The translations under genes and the position numbers were made by a program. The notes beneath the pieces were generated by a model, which made no database searches, was not told the DNA's origin, and was given only the letters and a program-made list of their open reading frames with translations. DNA of 61,547 bases, counting the filler, from Chiloscyllium plagiosum (lineage: Eukaryota), in assembly GCF_004010195.1 (NCBI RefSeq). It is 5 parts of one record of this genome, joined end to end, with 100 filler letters (N's around TTAATTAATTAA, not from the genome) between each part and the next. Parts side by side here need not be neighbours in the genome. Positions count along the whole stretch, not along the records: positions 12,111 to 27,775 come from NC_057710.1; 4 more parts are not named here. One strand, 5' to 3'. Numbering within the stretch: the stretch's first letter is position 1; every line of letters begins with the position of its first letter. Shown piece after piece: positions 12,200-25,031 of this stretch.

Positions 12200-13020
12200 A
12201 GCTGCAGAGAGATCTCGGTATTTCAGTGCACAAATCGCAAAAGACTACTGATGATCATTTATCATTTATCTCAAAAGGAACTGAATATAAAAGTGATTAC
12301 TTTAGAGGCTACGGAGAACGGGCTGCAGAATTAGATTCGCTGGGTAGCTCTTTCAGAAGCCAGGATAGATATGTTTGTCAAATAGCCTCCTCGGTTCTGT
12401 ACAATTCTATGAATCTATGATAAAGCTGGGATGTTATGTTTCAGTTAGACAGGACCTGAGTGAGACCACGTCTGGAGTACTGTGTATAGAATTGGTCACT
12501 TTACTTAAGAAAGAATGAAAGCAGTTCAGAGAAGTTTTACCAAAATAATACCCTGAATAGGGAGATTGTCTTATGAGGAATAGCTGGACAGGCTATGTTT
12601 GTATCTGCTGGAGTTTAGAAGAATAACAGAGAACTTGAATGAAACTTTTAAAATCTTGAGGGGCCTTGGCAGGGTAGATGTGGAGAGGATGGCTTTTCAT
12701 ACTGGAGTAAGGGTCACTGTTCATAAAATAAGGGATCACCCGTTTAAACCAGAGATAAGGCAAAGTTTATTATCTCGGGTAGTTATGAGTCCATGGAAAT
12801 CTCTTCCTGAAATTATGGTCAAAGCAGTGTAATTGAATGCATTTAAGATAGAGGCAGATGGATTCTTAATAAGTAAGGAGGATAGGAAGAAAAATAAGTC
12901 AGAGGTATGTGGCTATGCAGGTTTGAGATTATAATCAATTAACCATAAAGTTACTGAATGGCAGAGTAAGCATAAGAAGCTGAATGGCCTACTCCTGCTC
13001 CTGGTTCCAATGTTAATATG
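12200..13020 (+). mobile_element. Decayed CR1 3' part
   Basis: RPRLEYCV..W, LNETFKILRGLGRVDVERM, GCTGAATGGCCTACTCCTGCTCCT 3' UTR. Confidence 0.8.
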
Positions 13021-14254
13021 TAATCTGTTGAGACAGATGACTTGAAGATTATTTACAACATTAACTATTTACATAGCTACAATATTAGAGAAATACAAAC
13101 AAAGTCTGGGTCTGTGTTTCCTTATGTTACTTCATCCCATGTACACATGCATGTGTAGCTAACAAAAGACACTACATTGACTTCATGACACAGAAAAATT
13201 GCCTGAAGGCAAATCTGAGACAACGCAGATCATGATGCCATGGGACTGGTTTGATGGTACAGGAGTATATAGAATCTAGCCATAACACAACAATCTTTGA
13301 TTCAGATTTATCATCAGATCTGAAGTTGCAATTTTTATAATCCAGTTAATCTGTAGTTGCTTTCCACTCAAAAAATATCAAGAAGTTTGCGTTAAACTGT
13401 TTGAATGACACAGCACAAAAGATGAGATTCCACAATTTCATTATTTAATAGGTCTTTCAAATTAACCAATACACAATCCACTCTGCATACTTTATTCAGA
13501 ATTTTACACTATGAAGCTAAAAGTTAACATAAAGTTAACACAAACAAGAGGAATTTACAATGAATCATTGTTTGCAGCTGCTAGGGAAAACAGTCCAATT
13601 TGCAATATTTCCTGAGACTCATTGAATCTGTGAGGACAAACATGTTTGAGATTAATGCTGAACAGGCCAAAGAGAGATAAATAAGATTGCATCTAATTAA
13701 AACTGCAAACAAGATTTTAAAAAATCTCAAATCTTTGATGAAGCTGCCAGAACACTGCACTCCCTAAGGTAACTGAACCGCATTGTGGGAGCAGACTTCC
13801 GTGTAGGAGGTGGGGTTCAATTTACATTTCCCTATTTATATAAGCAAATTCTCAGATCTGAGAAACAGTCTGAGCTCCAAAGGATTTTTTTCTTTAAAAA
13901 TCAGAAATATGAAAAAGTACATTACACTTTATGCATAATTGGGATTTGGTTGAAATATGTGGGTCAGTGTTTGTTTACTCAATGAGAGAAATATTGTCAG
14001 CAAAGGACCTAGTTAGGAAACATCAGAAGTTAGGAATGGAGTTAAAAAAAAAGAGTGCATGGGTGGTAATCTGGGAATTGTGATACAAACCACATGCTGA
14101 TGAGCATGGGGATTGAAATAACTCCACAGAGACTAGTACCCTGTCACCAAATCACCCTTTGTTTACACATGCAGAGTCCTTGACACTGATCCAGCTCCCT
14201 CAGAGCCAGCTCTCAGAGTGAAAAGAACCTCTGATACCTCTTTTTAATCTATGG

Positions 14255-17200
14255 TAAACAGAAGAAATAACAAATACATCACTTTTTCCTGTCCGGGAGC
14301 ATTGGGAGACAGAGCGGAGGTGATGTGGAGCCCAGGAGGGTGCCGGGAAGATAAGGACTTAATATATATTTGGGCAGCGGCTAAATCTGAGATACTATAT
14401 GTGTAGAATCTCCCTCCCGTCGACTGACCCCTCCATCTCCCCCACACCTCCCCCCCCCCCCCACCCCACCAGAATAAACAGACTGTGTAAGGTAAGGCTT
14501 TTATTTTTTCTTTATCTTTCTTTTTCATATATTTAAGTGCATTGTTTGGTTTTAGTTAGTTGATATAGAGCTAAGGCTTACAATGGCAGGGGACCTCAGA
14601 CCCATGGCATGTGCCTCTTGCTTGATGTGGGAGCTCAGGAACCTTGGTGACATCCCTGACTCCTACAATTGCAACAAATGTGTCCAGCTGCAGCTCTTGT
14701 TTGACCGCATGAAGGCTCTGGAGCTGCGGATGGACTTACTGGGGAGTATCCGCGATGCTGAGGAGGTTGTGGATAGCACGTTTAGTGAATTGGTCACACC
14801 ACAGGTTAGAATTGCTGAGGGAGACAGTGACTGGGTGATCCAAAGGCAGAAAAAGAGTAGGAAGGCAGTGCAGGTGTCTCCTGCAGTCATCTCCCTCCGA
14901 AACAAGTATACCGTTTTGGATAATGTTGGTGGGGTTGGCTCACCAGGGGAGGGCAGCAGTTGCCAAGATCATGGCACCGTAGCGGGCACTGCTGTTCAGA
15001 AGGGTGGGAAAAAAACTCGTCGGGCCATAGTCATAGGAGATACTATTGTGAGGGGAGTAGACAGGCGGTTCTATGGCTGAAAACAGGACTCATGTATGGT
15101 ATGTTGCCTCCCAGGTGCTCAGGTCAGGGATGTCACCGATCGGCTGCAGAACATTCTAAAAGCGGAGGGTGAACAGCCAGTTGTCTTGGTGCATATAGGC
15201 ACCAGTGATATAAGTAAAAAACGAGATGAGGTCCTGAAAGCAGAACTCAGGGAGCTAGGAGAGAAGTTAAAAAGGAGGACCTCAAAGGTAGTGATCTCGG
15301 GATTACTACCAGTGCCACGTGCTAGCCAGCATAGAAATGAAAGAATAGGCAGGCCGAACAGTGGCTTGAGGGATTGTGTAGGAGGGAGGGGTTCACATTT
15401 GTTGGACATTGGGACTGGTTCTGGGGAAGGTGGGACTATTACAAATTGAATGGTCTACACCTCAATCTTCTGGAACTAATGTCCTTGATGGTGTTTTTGC
15501 TACTGCTGTTGGGGAGGTTTTAAGCAAATGTGGCAGGGAGCTGGGAGCCAAAAGAGGAGACAAGTAGGCAGCGAGGTGGAAACTGAAAACTGTAAGAATC
15601 ATAAAGTTAGCATTAATAAAGGGAAGAGTAGGGAGAGAGCAGAAGAACACAAAAGAACTGGTGGTCTGAAGTACATCTACTTTAATGCAAGGAGTATAGT
15701 GGGTAAGGCAGATGAACTTAGGGCTTGGATTGGTGTCTGAGAGTATGATGTTATTGCAATCACAGAGACTTGTTTTAAGGAAGGGCATAATTGGCAACTA
15801 AATGTTGCAGGATACAGACGCTTCAGGCAGGACAGGGAAGGAAGTAAAAGTAGGGGAGGAGTTGCATTGCTGGTCAGGGATGATACAAAGAGGGCACTGT
15901 GGAGGGCTTGAGTAGTAATGCATTATGGGTGGAGCTGAGAGATAAGAAGGGTGAAGTTACATTGTTGGGGCTGTATTACAGGCCTCCCAACAGTGAGCGT
16001 GAGGTAGAAGAACAAATAGGTAAACAGATTATGGAAAGATATAGATGCAACAGGGTAGTGGCGATGGGAGATTTTAATTTTCCCAACATTGACTGGGATA
16101 CACTTAGTGTCAGAGGGCTGGATGGGGCAGAATTTGTAACAAGTGTCCAGGAGAGTTTTCTCAAGCAGTGTGTCAATAGTCCAACAAGGGACGGGGCCAT
16201 ATTAGACCTGGTGTTGGGGAATGAGCCAGGCTAGCTTGTAGAAGTTGCAGTGGGGGATTTCTTTGGGAACACTGACCACAATTCTGTAAGTTTTAGAATA
16301 CTCGGAGACAAAGATGAGAGTGGTCCTCAGGGAAGAGTACTAAACTGGGCCAAGGCTAATTATATCAAAATTAAGCAGGAGCTGGAAAATGTGGATTGGA
16401 CACAGCTATTTGAAGGGAAGTCCACATTTATGTGGGAGGTTTTCAAAGATAGGTTAAAGATAATGCAGGATAGGCATGTCTCATTGAAAGCAAAGGATAG
16501 GAAAGGCAAGATTTGTGAATTGTGGATGACAGGAGAAATTGTATGACTAGCCAAGAGGAAAAGGGAAGCATACATAAGGACCAAGCAGCTAAGGACAGAA
16601 CGGGCTCCGGAGAATATCAGGAGAGTAGGACCAGTCTTAACTGAGGAATCAAGCGGACTAAAAGGGGTCATGAAATAGCTTTAGCGAGCAGAATTAAGAA
16701 GAATCCCAAAGCCTTTTATTTTTATATAAGAAGCAAGCAGGTAACTAGAGAAAGAATTGGTCCACTAAAGGATAATGAAGGAAGGCTGTGCATCAAACCT
16801 GAGAAAATGGGTGAGATTCTGAATGATTACTTTGCATCAGTGTTCACTGAGGAGAGGAACATGATGAATGTTGAGATTAGAGATAGAGTTTGATTACTCT
16901 GGATCACATTGACATAAGTAGGGAAGATGTGTTGGATGGGCAAGAGGTTATTAAGGTGGACAAATCCCAAAGACTGGATGGGATCTATCCCAGGTTGCTG
17001 AGGGAGGCGAGAGAGGACAGAGCTGGGGCCCTGATAGCATCCTTAAACACAGGTGAAATGCCAGAGGATTGGAGAGTTGCTCATGTTGTCCCCCTGTACA
17101 AGAAGGGTATTAGAGATATTCCAGATAACTACAGACTAGGGAGCTTGATGTCAGTGGTGGGACAGTTGCTGGAGAAGGTACTGAGGGATAAAATCTATTT

Positions 17201-18257
17201 ATGTTTAGAAAAGAATGGGCTTATCAGTGATAGTCAACATGGTTTTGTGAGGGGGAGATCATGTCTTACCAACTTAATAGAATTCTTTGAGGAAGTGACC
17301 AAGTTGATAGATGAAGGAAGGGCTGTAGATGTCATATACATGGACATTAGTAAGGCATTTGATAAGGTTCCCCATGGTAAACTAATGGAGAAAGTGAAGT
17401 CATATGGTGTGCAGGGTGTTCTAGCTAAGTGGATAAAGAATTGGTTGAGCAACAGGAGACAGAGAGTAATAGATGAAGGGAGTTTCTCGAAATGGAGATA
17501 GGTGACCAGTGGTGTTCCACAGGGACACTGTTGTTTGTGATATACATAAATGATCTGGAAGAGGGCACTGTTGGTATGATCAGTAAGTTTGCAGATGACA
17601 CAAAGATTGGAGTAGCATAAGGGACTGTCAAAGAATACAGGAGAATATAAACAGACTGGAGAATTGGGTGGAGAAATGGTCAATAGAGTTCAATCCAGAA
17701 CTGTGTACAGTTCTGGTCGCCACATTACCAAAAGGATGTGGATGCTTTGGAGAGGATGCAGAGAAAGTTTATGAGGATGTTGCCTGGTATGGAAGGTGCT
17801 AGCTTTGAAGAGAGGTTGAGTAGGTTAGGATTGTTTTTATTGGAAAAAAAGAGATCGGTGGAGGGGTGGTTGCGGGGGAGGTGGACATAATTGAGGTCTA
17901 CAAAATCATGAAGGGTATAGACAGGATAGATAGAGACAAGCTTTTTCCCAGGGTGAAGAATTCAATAACAAAAGATCACGCTTCCAAGGTGAGAGGTGAA
18001 AAGTTTAAGGGGGATACAAGCAGCAAGTACTTTACAAAGAGGTGCCTGGAACACATTGCCAGCAGGGGTAGTAGAGCCAGGCATGGTAAGTTCATTAAAG
18101 ATGTGTCTGGACAGATGCATGAGTAGGTGGGAAGCAGAGGGATACAGATGCTTAGGAATTGGGCGACAGGTTTAGACCATGGATTTGGATCACCTCAGGC
18201 TTGGAGGGCCGAAGGGCCTGTTCCTGGGCTGTAAGTTTCCTTTGTTCTTTGTTCTTT
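14255..18257 (+). mobile_element. Near full-length, inactivated CR1-clade LINE (ORF1 zinc finger + SGNH esterase; ORF2 APE + RT)
   Basis: ORF1 from 14583: CASC..CNKC, IVIGDTIVRG, HIGTSD; ORF2: YFNARS, GDFN, LDLV, TDH, QHGF, DISKAFD, FADD; 3' GGGCCGAAGGGCCTG and (TTTGTTC)n tail. Multiple stops, frameshifts and an internal deletion near 17700. Confidence 0.93.
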
Positions 18258-18910
18258 TGTTAAATGAAGACCAGGACTGGCAACCAAATGTTGTAGATTA
18301 TTACATAGCCGGGAAGGATAATGATGAAGAAGGGGCATGATGACTGTACTAATTAGCGATAACATAATGACATAATTAACAAAAGTTTAGCCTCCATTAG
18401 CATAGGGCCCCAGAAAGGAGCCATCCTGTCTGTTTCCCAGCCACAAGACCACAGGGTCGGATTAAACACTTGACAGCAGACTCTCCCTACAATGGGTAAA
18501 ATCCTCGCAGTGGGGGGAGGAAGTCCCGAGGAAAATGAGCCTCCTGACACCCCCTAGTAGTTAATTACAGAAGGGGTAGAGATGAAGCAAGTGTGTAGGT
18601 GCCATGAATGGTTTCAATGGCATGGTATCCAATTTATGGCACCATCTCCCCATCCCTCCATTCCTTCTAGATTTGAAATTCTAACACACTCCCGTCAGCT
18701 GTCACATTCTATCCTCTGTAAAACTGAGGTCATTTATAACATTGTTGCTCGTCGACTATGAATGGATTGTTGCGACTGAATGTGAGACACAATATAAGCA
18801 ACAGAATAACTGCAAACAAAATTTTACAGCTGTCATAATACAAAAATCCTAGAATTTATTTGTAAAAGTGAGTGTACATTACTGCGCTGGCTTCCTCTTC
18901 TGTATTTCGT

Positions 18911-19295
18911 AGAATCCCTACAGTGTGGAAACAGGCCCTTCAGCCCAACAAGTCCACACCGACCCTCCGAATAGCAACCCGTCCAGACTCATTCCCCTAC
19001 CCCATTATCTTTCTTTTATCCCTGACACTTTGATCTCCAGCGTCTGCAGACCTCACTTTCTCCCTGACTAATGCACCTAACCTACACATCCCTGAACACT
19101 ATGGGCAATTTAGCATGGCCAATTCACCTAACCTGCACATCTTTGGATTTTGGGAGGAAACCAGACCACCCAAGGAAACCCACACAGACACGGGGACAAT
19201 GTGCAAACTCCACACAGACAGTCATCCGAGGCTGGAATCAAACCGGGTCCTGGCGCTGAGGCAGCAGTGCTAACCATTGAGCCACCGTGCCACCC
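18911..19295 (-). mobile_element. HE1-type SINE with a nested 34-nt Penelope tail
   Basis: Same head and tail as the other HE1 copies; insert at 19027-19060. Confidence 0.85.
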
Positions 19296-19639
19296 CTTTC
19301 TCTTCTTTGTAACTGAGATGGTAAAGGAAATATATTTGAAAGAATATATTTGTATCCCCAATACAGCACTGACACTGTCCCCATGTAAATATTGTATTTA
19401 ATAGGTGAGTTATATATATAGAGAGAGGAGACACAAGGTTGGTTTCTCTGTTAAAGCTGAATAGATTTGGTACCCCTTGAAAGAGTTGTTGAAAGTTCAA
19501 TGAATAAGAAATGCATTTCCGATACAGCATTTGTTTCCACAAGCTGAATCTTTTTTTATTATTGTATAAGTTTGAGTTGCACCAGGTTTTTTAGAAGAAT
19601 TTTTGCCACAAGGCCCAATGGCTTTCTTTCCCATACTTT

Positions 19640-21200
19640 ATTAAACTTGCCTCATTAACTATTGCACCTTTATGGTAACCCTCACCTCCGCTCCGCCCCA
19701 TCTTACCACATGATATTCTCACAACTTGACATTCATTGGATAGCCCAGAATTCACCAGCCCACTTGTGCTTGTGCCATTTTAGAAGCCAATGTGCACCTA
19801 GACAAGTCAGTCCATACCTGCCCTGCATTGTCCCTGACATTTGCCCTGGGCATGGCAGACAGGGGAGTTTGATGCCCTATTTTGCTGACAGAGACTGGAG
19901 GACTTTTTGAAAGAGATGGTGCAAACACAGGACATGTTCTATCTTCAGGACTAGCCATGGAGGACATGGCACCAGTTCATGCCAGCCTGGTCAGAGTTTG
20001 CCATCTGGGGTAAAGCAGTATCAGTCATCTGGAGCAATGCTAAACATCACACTCATCCAATCTCTGCCTCTGTACCCATCTTCCACCAAGGCTCATGCTC
20101 GACCATCCTCAATATTGCCAGCAATAACCTTCAATTCACTGTCACCCAACTCATGCCCTGGCACTAACCCTGCCTGCCCTCTGTGCTACCTGATCACTCA
20201 CTCAGACCACCTCTCACCAGCACTGAAAGTAACAGCTATAACTCCCACTTTCATGTCCCTTACCACCTGCCTCTGGCTTATTCCATGAGGAAAACAGCTC
20301 CCTATAAGGCAAAAAGACAACTGGTGGACTGTGTCTCATTCTTTAAGTGGAGAGTGTTCTGATTCTAACTACCTAAGTGCTGACTGATAACTTCCAAACC
20401 CCTGAAGTGGCATTGGAAGCTCTTACTGTGCTGGCATCTCCTGAGTGAAGGCCTTTCTCCTTGACTTGACAGATGAGAGCTGACAAGTTTCCTACATTGT
20501 GGCTGCACTAAAGGCAGCAGTAATATGATTGGGTAACTCAAACAGAGACAAACGCTAAAAGGCAACACAGGATAGGTTGCTATGAGTATCTGAGTGGGCT
20601 CAGAGTCAGCGAGGACTATGATAGTGACTCACAATGCAGCCCGGTCCAATCCAGTCACTGGCTGCGTGGCTGTGAGAGCATAGTGTCCTTATTGCAATAT
20701 AACAATGATAGCTGTCAGTGCAGCATTGAAGTGTAGAAGCATTCTGTTTTTGGGTCAATGATGCTCCATGGATGTGTGTGATATGGCTAGTGCCTATGGA
20801 GTGTGCCAGAGATCTTGGTGCCTGGTGTCCAGCAAGGAGGTCTGTTGGAGCGAGCAGTGAACTGAATTTATCAGGTAACTGCTCAAATTTCCATGTTGAG
20901 TCATCTTGATATTTAAAGTAACGATAAAATAACTGCTGACGTTCTCCATCAATTCTCTTGGTATCTGGCTTGTTTGGTGAGATAGGAAACTGAATGTTAA
21001 TGAGGGGAATTGGGCTGTTAACAAGATGTTTAACAAGTGACAATCACTGCTAATGGAAACATGCTGCAGCCTAGTAGGAGATTTGCTGCATTCACTTGTT
21101 AAAAGCATAAAAGATGGAGCGAGGTGCTCCCAATGTCAAGATCAACCTTGCCTGATTTTCTTCCAATTCTGCCAGAAATCTTGTCATAGCTCACATCACT
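19640..21200 (+). mobile_element. PIF/Harbinger-like DNA transposon relic (Myb/SANT-like ORF remnant)
   Basis: From 19852: MADR(fs)LMPYFADRD(fs)EDFLKEMVQTQDMFY..MPAWSEFAIWGKAVSVIWSNAK, the Myb_DNA-bind_5 pattern; homologous inverted copy at about 46.4-47.25 kb. Confidence 0.55.
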
Positions 21201-21289
21201 CAGCAATAAGATTTTGCTCATGTTTACTGGTGACAACAGATCTACCATACTATCACCTCTCTCAATGCCTCCACTGATGATCAGTGACA

Positions 21290-21416
21290 ACCACCTGAAT
21301 GGAGGAGCAGCGCTCCGAAAGCTAGTGCTTCCAAATAAACCTCTTGGACTATAACCCTGGTGCTGTGTGATTTTTAACTTTGTATACCCAGTCCAACACT
21401 GGCACCTCCAAATCAT
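21290..21416 (+). mobile_element. Penelope-like terminal-repeat fragment
   Basis: CACCTGA..GGAGCAGCGCTCCGAAAGCTAGTG..AAATAAACC..CCAACACTGGCACCTCCAAATCAT. Confidence 0.6.
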
Positions 21417-21559
21417 TCATATTTATGCCATCAGTACTGAGCTGCTGTATGGTTACAATACAGGATGTCATTTGGCCTATCATGTCTGTGCTGGCTCTCT
21501 GATAGAGCAATTCAGTTAATGCCTAAGATCAGCGTTTTCCACTTCTGTACCACTGCCCA

Positions 21560-22096
21560 AATTTACATATCCTCAACTCATCTGCTACTGAAACATTTGT
21601 CCATATCTTCATTATCTCTAAACTCAACTATTCCAATGCATGCCTTGCTGATCACTCCGGTTTGACCATCTGAAATTTTAGATTATCCAAAATCCTGGTG
21701 TCAATGTCTTAATTCAAAGCAATTCTCTGCCCTCTGCACCCTGACCTATATTAGCTGAAGCACATCTTGATTTTAAACTTCTCTTCCTTATTTTCAAGTC
21801 CCTCCATGATATCCAAGATATTTGAGGCCAACTAATTCCAACACCTTGTGCATTCCCAATTTTAATTGCTCCAACAGTATTGACCATGCTTTTAGTTGTC
21901 TAAGCCCCAAGCTCTGGAATTCCCTCTCCGCCTCACTTTGTTCATTTAAGATATGCTTAAAACTGACCTCTTTCAGGAAGCCTTTGAGCATATTCCCTGA
22001 ACTCCTTCTGTGGCTCAGCGTCAGACTTTGTTTTATAATGTTCCTGTGAAGAGCCTTGGGACTGTGCACAAAGTAAAAGTGCTGTATAAAGGTAAG
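21560..22096 (+). mobile_element. L2-clade LINE 3' end
   Basis: HAFSCLSPKLWNSL..FKICLKLTSF and a CTGTGAAGAGCCTTGGGAC..GTGCTGTATAAA tail. Confidence 0.7.
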
Positions 22097-23404
22097 CTAT
22101 TTTTATATTCCTCTATTTTTCACTATTTTTGTTCGTGCAAGTGATGAAATGAAACTGATTGAAGCTACATGCAAATCTTAGTTTTTGTTGGAAATTGAAT
22201 GAATGCACAGCTTGCAGAATGCTCTCCTCATGTCATTTTGGAAAGCCTGCTTTCAGAGTGTAGTACAGTCTTAACTGCACTTGGACCTTGTCAATTATGT
22301 GGATTGAAATTGTTATTCAATGTATTCTTCAATTTTTTTTTCTATTATAGACTATCTTTATTAACATTAGTATTCAGAGATTTACGTATATGTAATTTTA
22401 GATCAAATCTCTTTAAGCAACCATATCAAGATGGGATGAATAAATCATTTGCAATCTCTTTTATGGAGTGTCAGAAAATGCTGTAAAGGAGTGACACGTT
22501 CAAAATACTATCTGCGCTTTAATTGTGATTAAAATGTAAAAGTAATCGTATTCAATAGTGTGACTTTACTTTGGCAGATAATGAAGTCTTATTTGAAAGT
22601 AATCAGAGGTCTGCCACTTTAAGTACAATAGTAAGGGAAAGAAGTTCCTGACCTTATCAAGGCTTGTTTACAAATGTCTCAAGCTAGATTGTGCCACAGC
22701 CATTTTCAATGTTTCTGCTTTAGGTGAAGATAGGGGAGATATTTAAACCAAGTTACAAAATTTAATCATTTAGGTGTATACAAAACTAAACTGTTTAATT
22801 ATTTAAATACAAAGATCTGAGACTGACACAAATGGCTTCTGGTGTAAATTTGAATTTGGATAAAATAAAAATAGAATGTTCTTTCAAATGTTGCAGCAAT
22901 CAAGAAAACACTTTGCTTATGAAAAAAATGCAATTATGCTTCTGTAAAGGATGATGCTTAAGGTCGGCATCATATTTATCACTTCACAATATTAAACTGA
23001 TCTGGACTTCCACTTAGTCGTAACAGCCATGCTGAATTTTACTCAAAAACAGTGTGCATCACACACATAAAGAAGAGGGAGACGATGTCTGGTCTTCAAT
23101 TGGTAAAGAAATCAGTCATGCCTGACAAATATGCTATCGCATTTTTCTCAAGCAGTAGCACAAAAAAGGTGCAACAGAAAAAGAACTATATTTACAAGTT
23201 ACAAAATCAAGAATTTGTTTCATACCAAAATAGTTTAATGGAGAGAGAAACAAAATGAATAGAACCATAAACATTTGCAATATAGGAGGCCATACAGTTC
23301 ATTGTGTATATGCCTGCTTACAGCTGTGAAAAGTCTGTTAGTGTATTCAAAGTGTATTTTTGTCTCATTGGACTGGACATCTTTGCCCTTACTGCAGGTG
23401 GTAA

Positions 23405-23770
23405 AGTCATATAGTTATTCAGCACAGAAACAGATCCTTCAGTCCAACTCGTCCGTGCCACCAGATATCCTAAACTGATCTTGTCCCACTTGCCCCTGTT
23501 TGGCCCATATCACTCTGAATCCTTCCTATTCATGTACCATCCAGATTCCTTTTAAATATAATTGTACCGACTTTCCGCCACCTTCTCTGGCAGCTTGTTC
23601 TACACATGCACCAGCCTCTGGGTGAAAAAAACTGCCTCTCAGGACCCTTTTAAATCTTTCCCCCTCACCTTAAACCTATGTCCTCTAGTTTTGGACTTGC
23701 CTACCCTGGAAGAAAGAGTTTGGCTATTCATCCTATCCATGCCCCTCGTGATTTTATAAACCTCTAAAAG
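23405..23770 (-). mobile_element. CR1 3' end
   Basis: Reverse-strand ORF2 C-terminus and 3' UTR. Confidence 0.75.
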
Positions 23771-23789
23771 ATCATTAGATTGACATCTC

Positions 23790-24780
23790 ATTTTTAGGTA
23801 TATCTGGTGTTGCTACTGGAAATGCCTTCCTACCCTCTTCATTGAACCAGGGCTAATGCCTGCCATAATGGGAACTGTACGGTGGGGGCTATGCCAAGCC
23901 ATGAGTTTATAGATTTTGGTTGAATACAATTCTACTGCTAATGGCCTACAGTGCTCTGATGTCCAATTTTGAGTTGCTAGATCTGCTTGAAATCAATTCC
24001 ATTTCACACAGTGGTAATGCCACAATGGAGAGTATCCTCAGTGTGAAGACAGGACTTTGTCTCCACAAGAAGTATATTGGGTTGGTCTAGCTGACAAGAG
24101 AGATTACTGAGCTTGCAGTAGGTTTTAATAATAACTAGCTTGTTGCATGGTAAGGATCGAGACAGATAGCTTCACAGAAACATGAAAGCCCCTCTGAAAC
24201 CATGAGTCTCTTCTCTCATGCGATCTTTTACATCATCACAGGGAGAGGTGCTACTTACATTCTCTCAGCCGTTCTAGGCTTTCTAACCTTTTCATACCAA
24301 ATGCAACCAGTATTGTCATGGACAGATGCATTCGCAACAGACAAGGTAAAGTAAATTTTTCCCAACTGTTGGTTCTCTCACAACCTGCCAGTGTGGCAGC
24401 CATGTGGCAGTAGGACACAACCTGCTCAATCAGCTGTGGAGCCACTGTGGTGATCATTGAAGTCTCTCACTGTGCTGTTGCTAGCATCAATGCTCCTTTA
24501 ATTGGTGTTCAATTGGGATATTGATTCATCATTTGGAAGATGGGAGCTGGGGTGTTGTGTGAGACTGCTGGACTCCGGAGTAAATGTAAAGGATTTCGAG
24601 GCATCAAATTCCACCCCACACTGTTGACTGTACATCACTTTGCCACCACATCTGTTGTTGCCTAGTGGAACAGGACATACCCAGAGATGGTGTCTGTGAC
24701 CTTGTCTGTAGGGCATGATTTGTTAAGTATCACCATGTTCGGTTATTGTTGGACTAGTCTGTGGGACAACTCAAGCATAA
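23790..24780 (-). mobile_element. Decayed LINE (APE region), same family as 4185-5420
   Basis: Reverse-strand similarity to 4600-5420, e.g. GAGACAAAGTCC..CTTCACAC and GGACATACCCAGAGATG. Confidence 0.55.
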
Positions 24781-25031
24781 GCTCTTCATCAGGATTCCTG
24801 CTGATTCTCCTGCTCCTCGGATGTCACCTGACCTGCTGTACTTTTCCAGCACCACACTCTTCGACTCTGATCTCCAGCATCTGCAGTCCTAACTCTCCGA
24901 TTATTTGCTCCCAGCTCCCAAATGTTAGTAAGTTTTGCTGAACCAATAGGGCTGTGTTTGCCATTATCATTTTTGGTACCTAGGTCGATGCCAGATGCCT
25001 GGAAAATTGTGTCCAATTCTGAGCAATCCAA

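Noticed and set aside
14583..17683. Host genes or an active retrotransposon from the long ORF-track hits
   Set aside because: These are fragments of CR1 ORF1/ORF2 broken by stops, frameshifts and deletions, plus antisense shadows.
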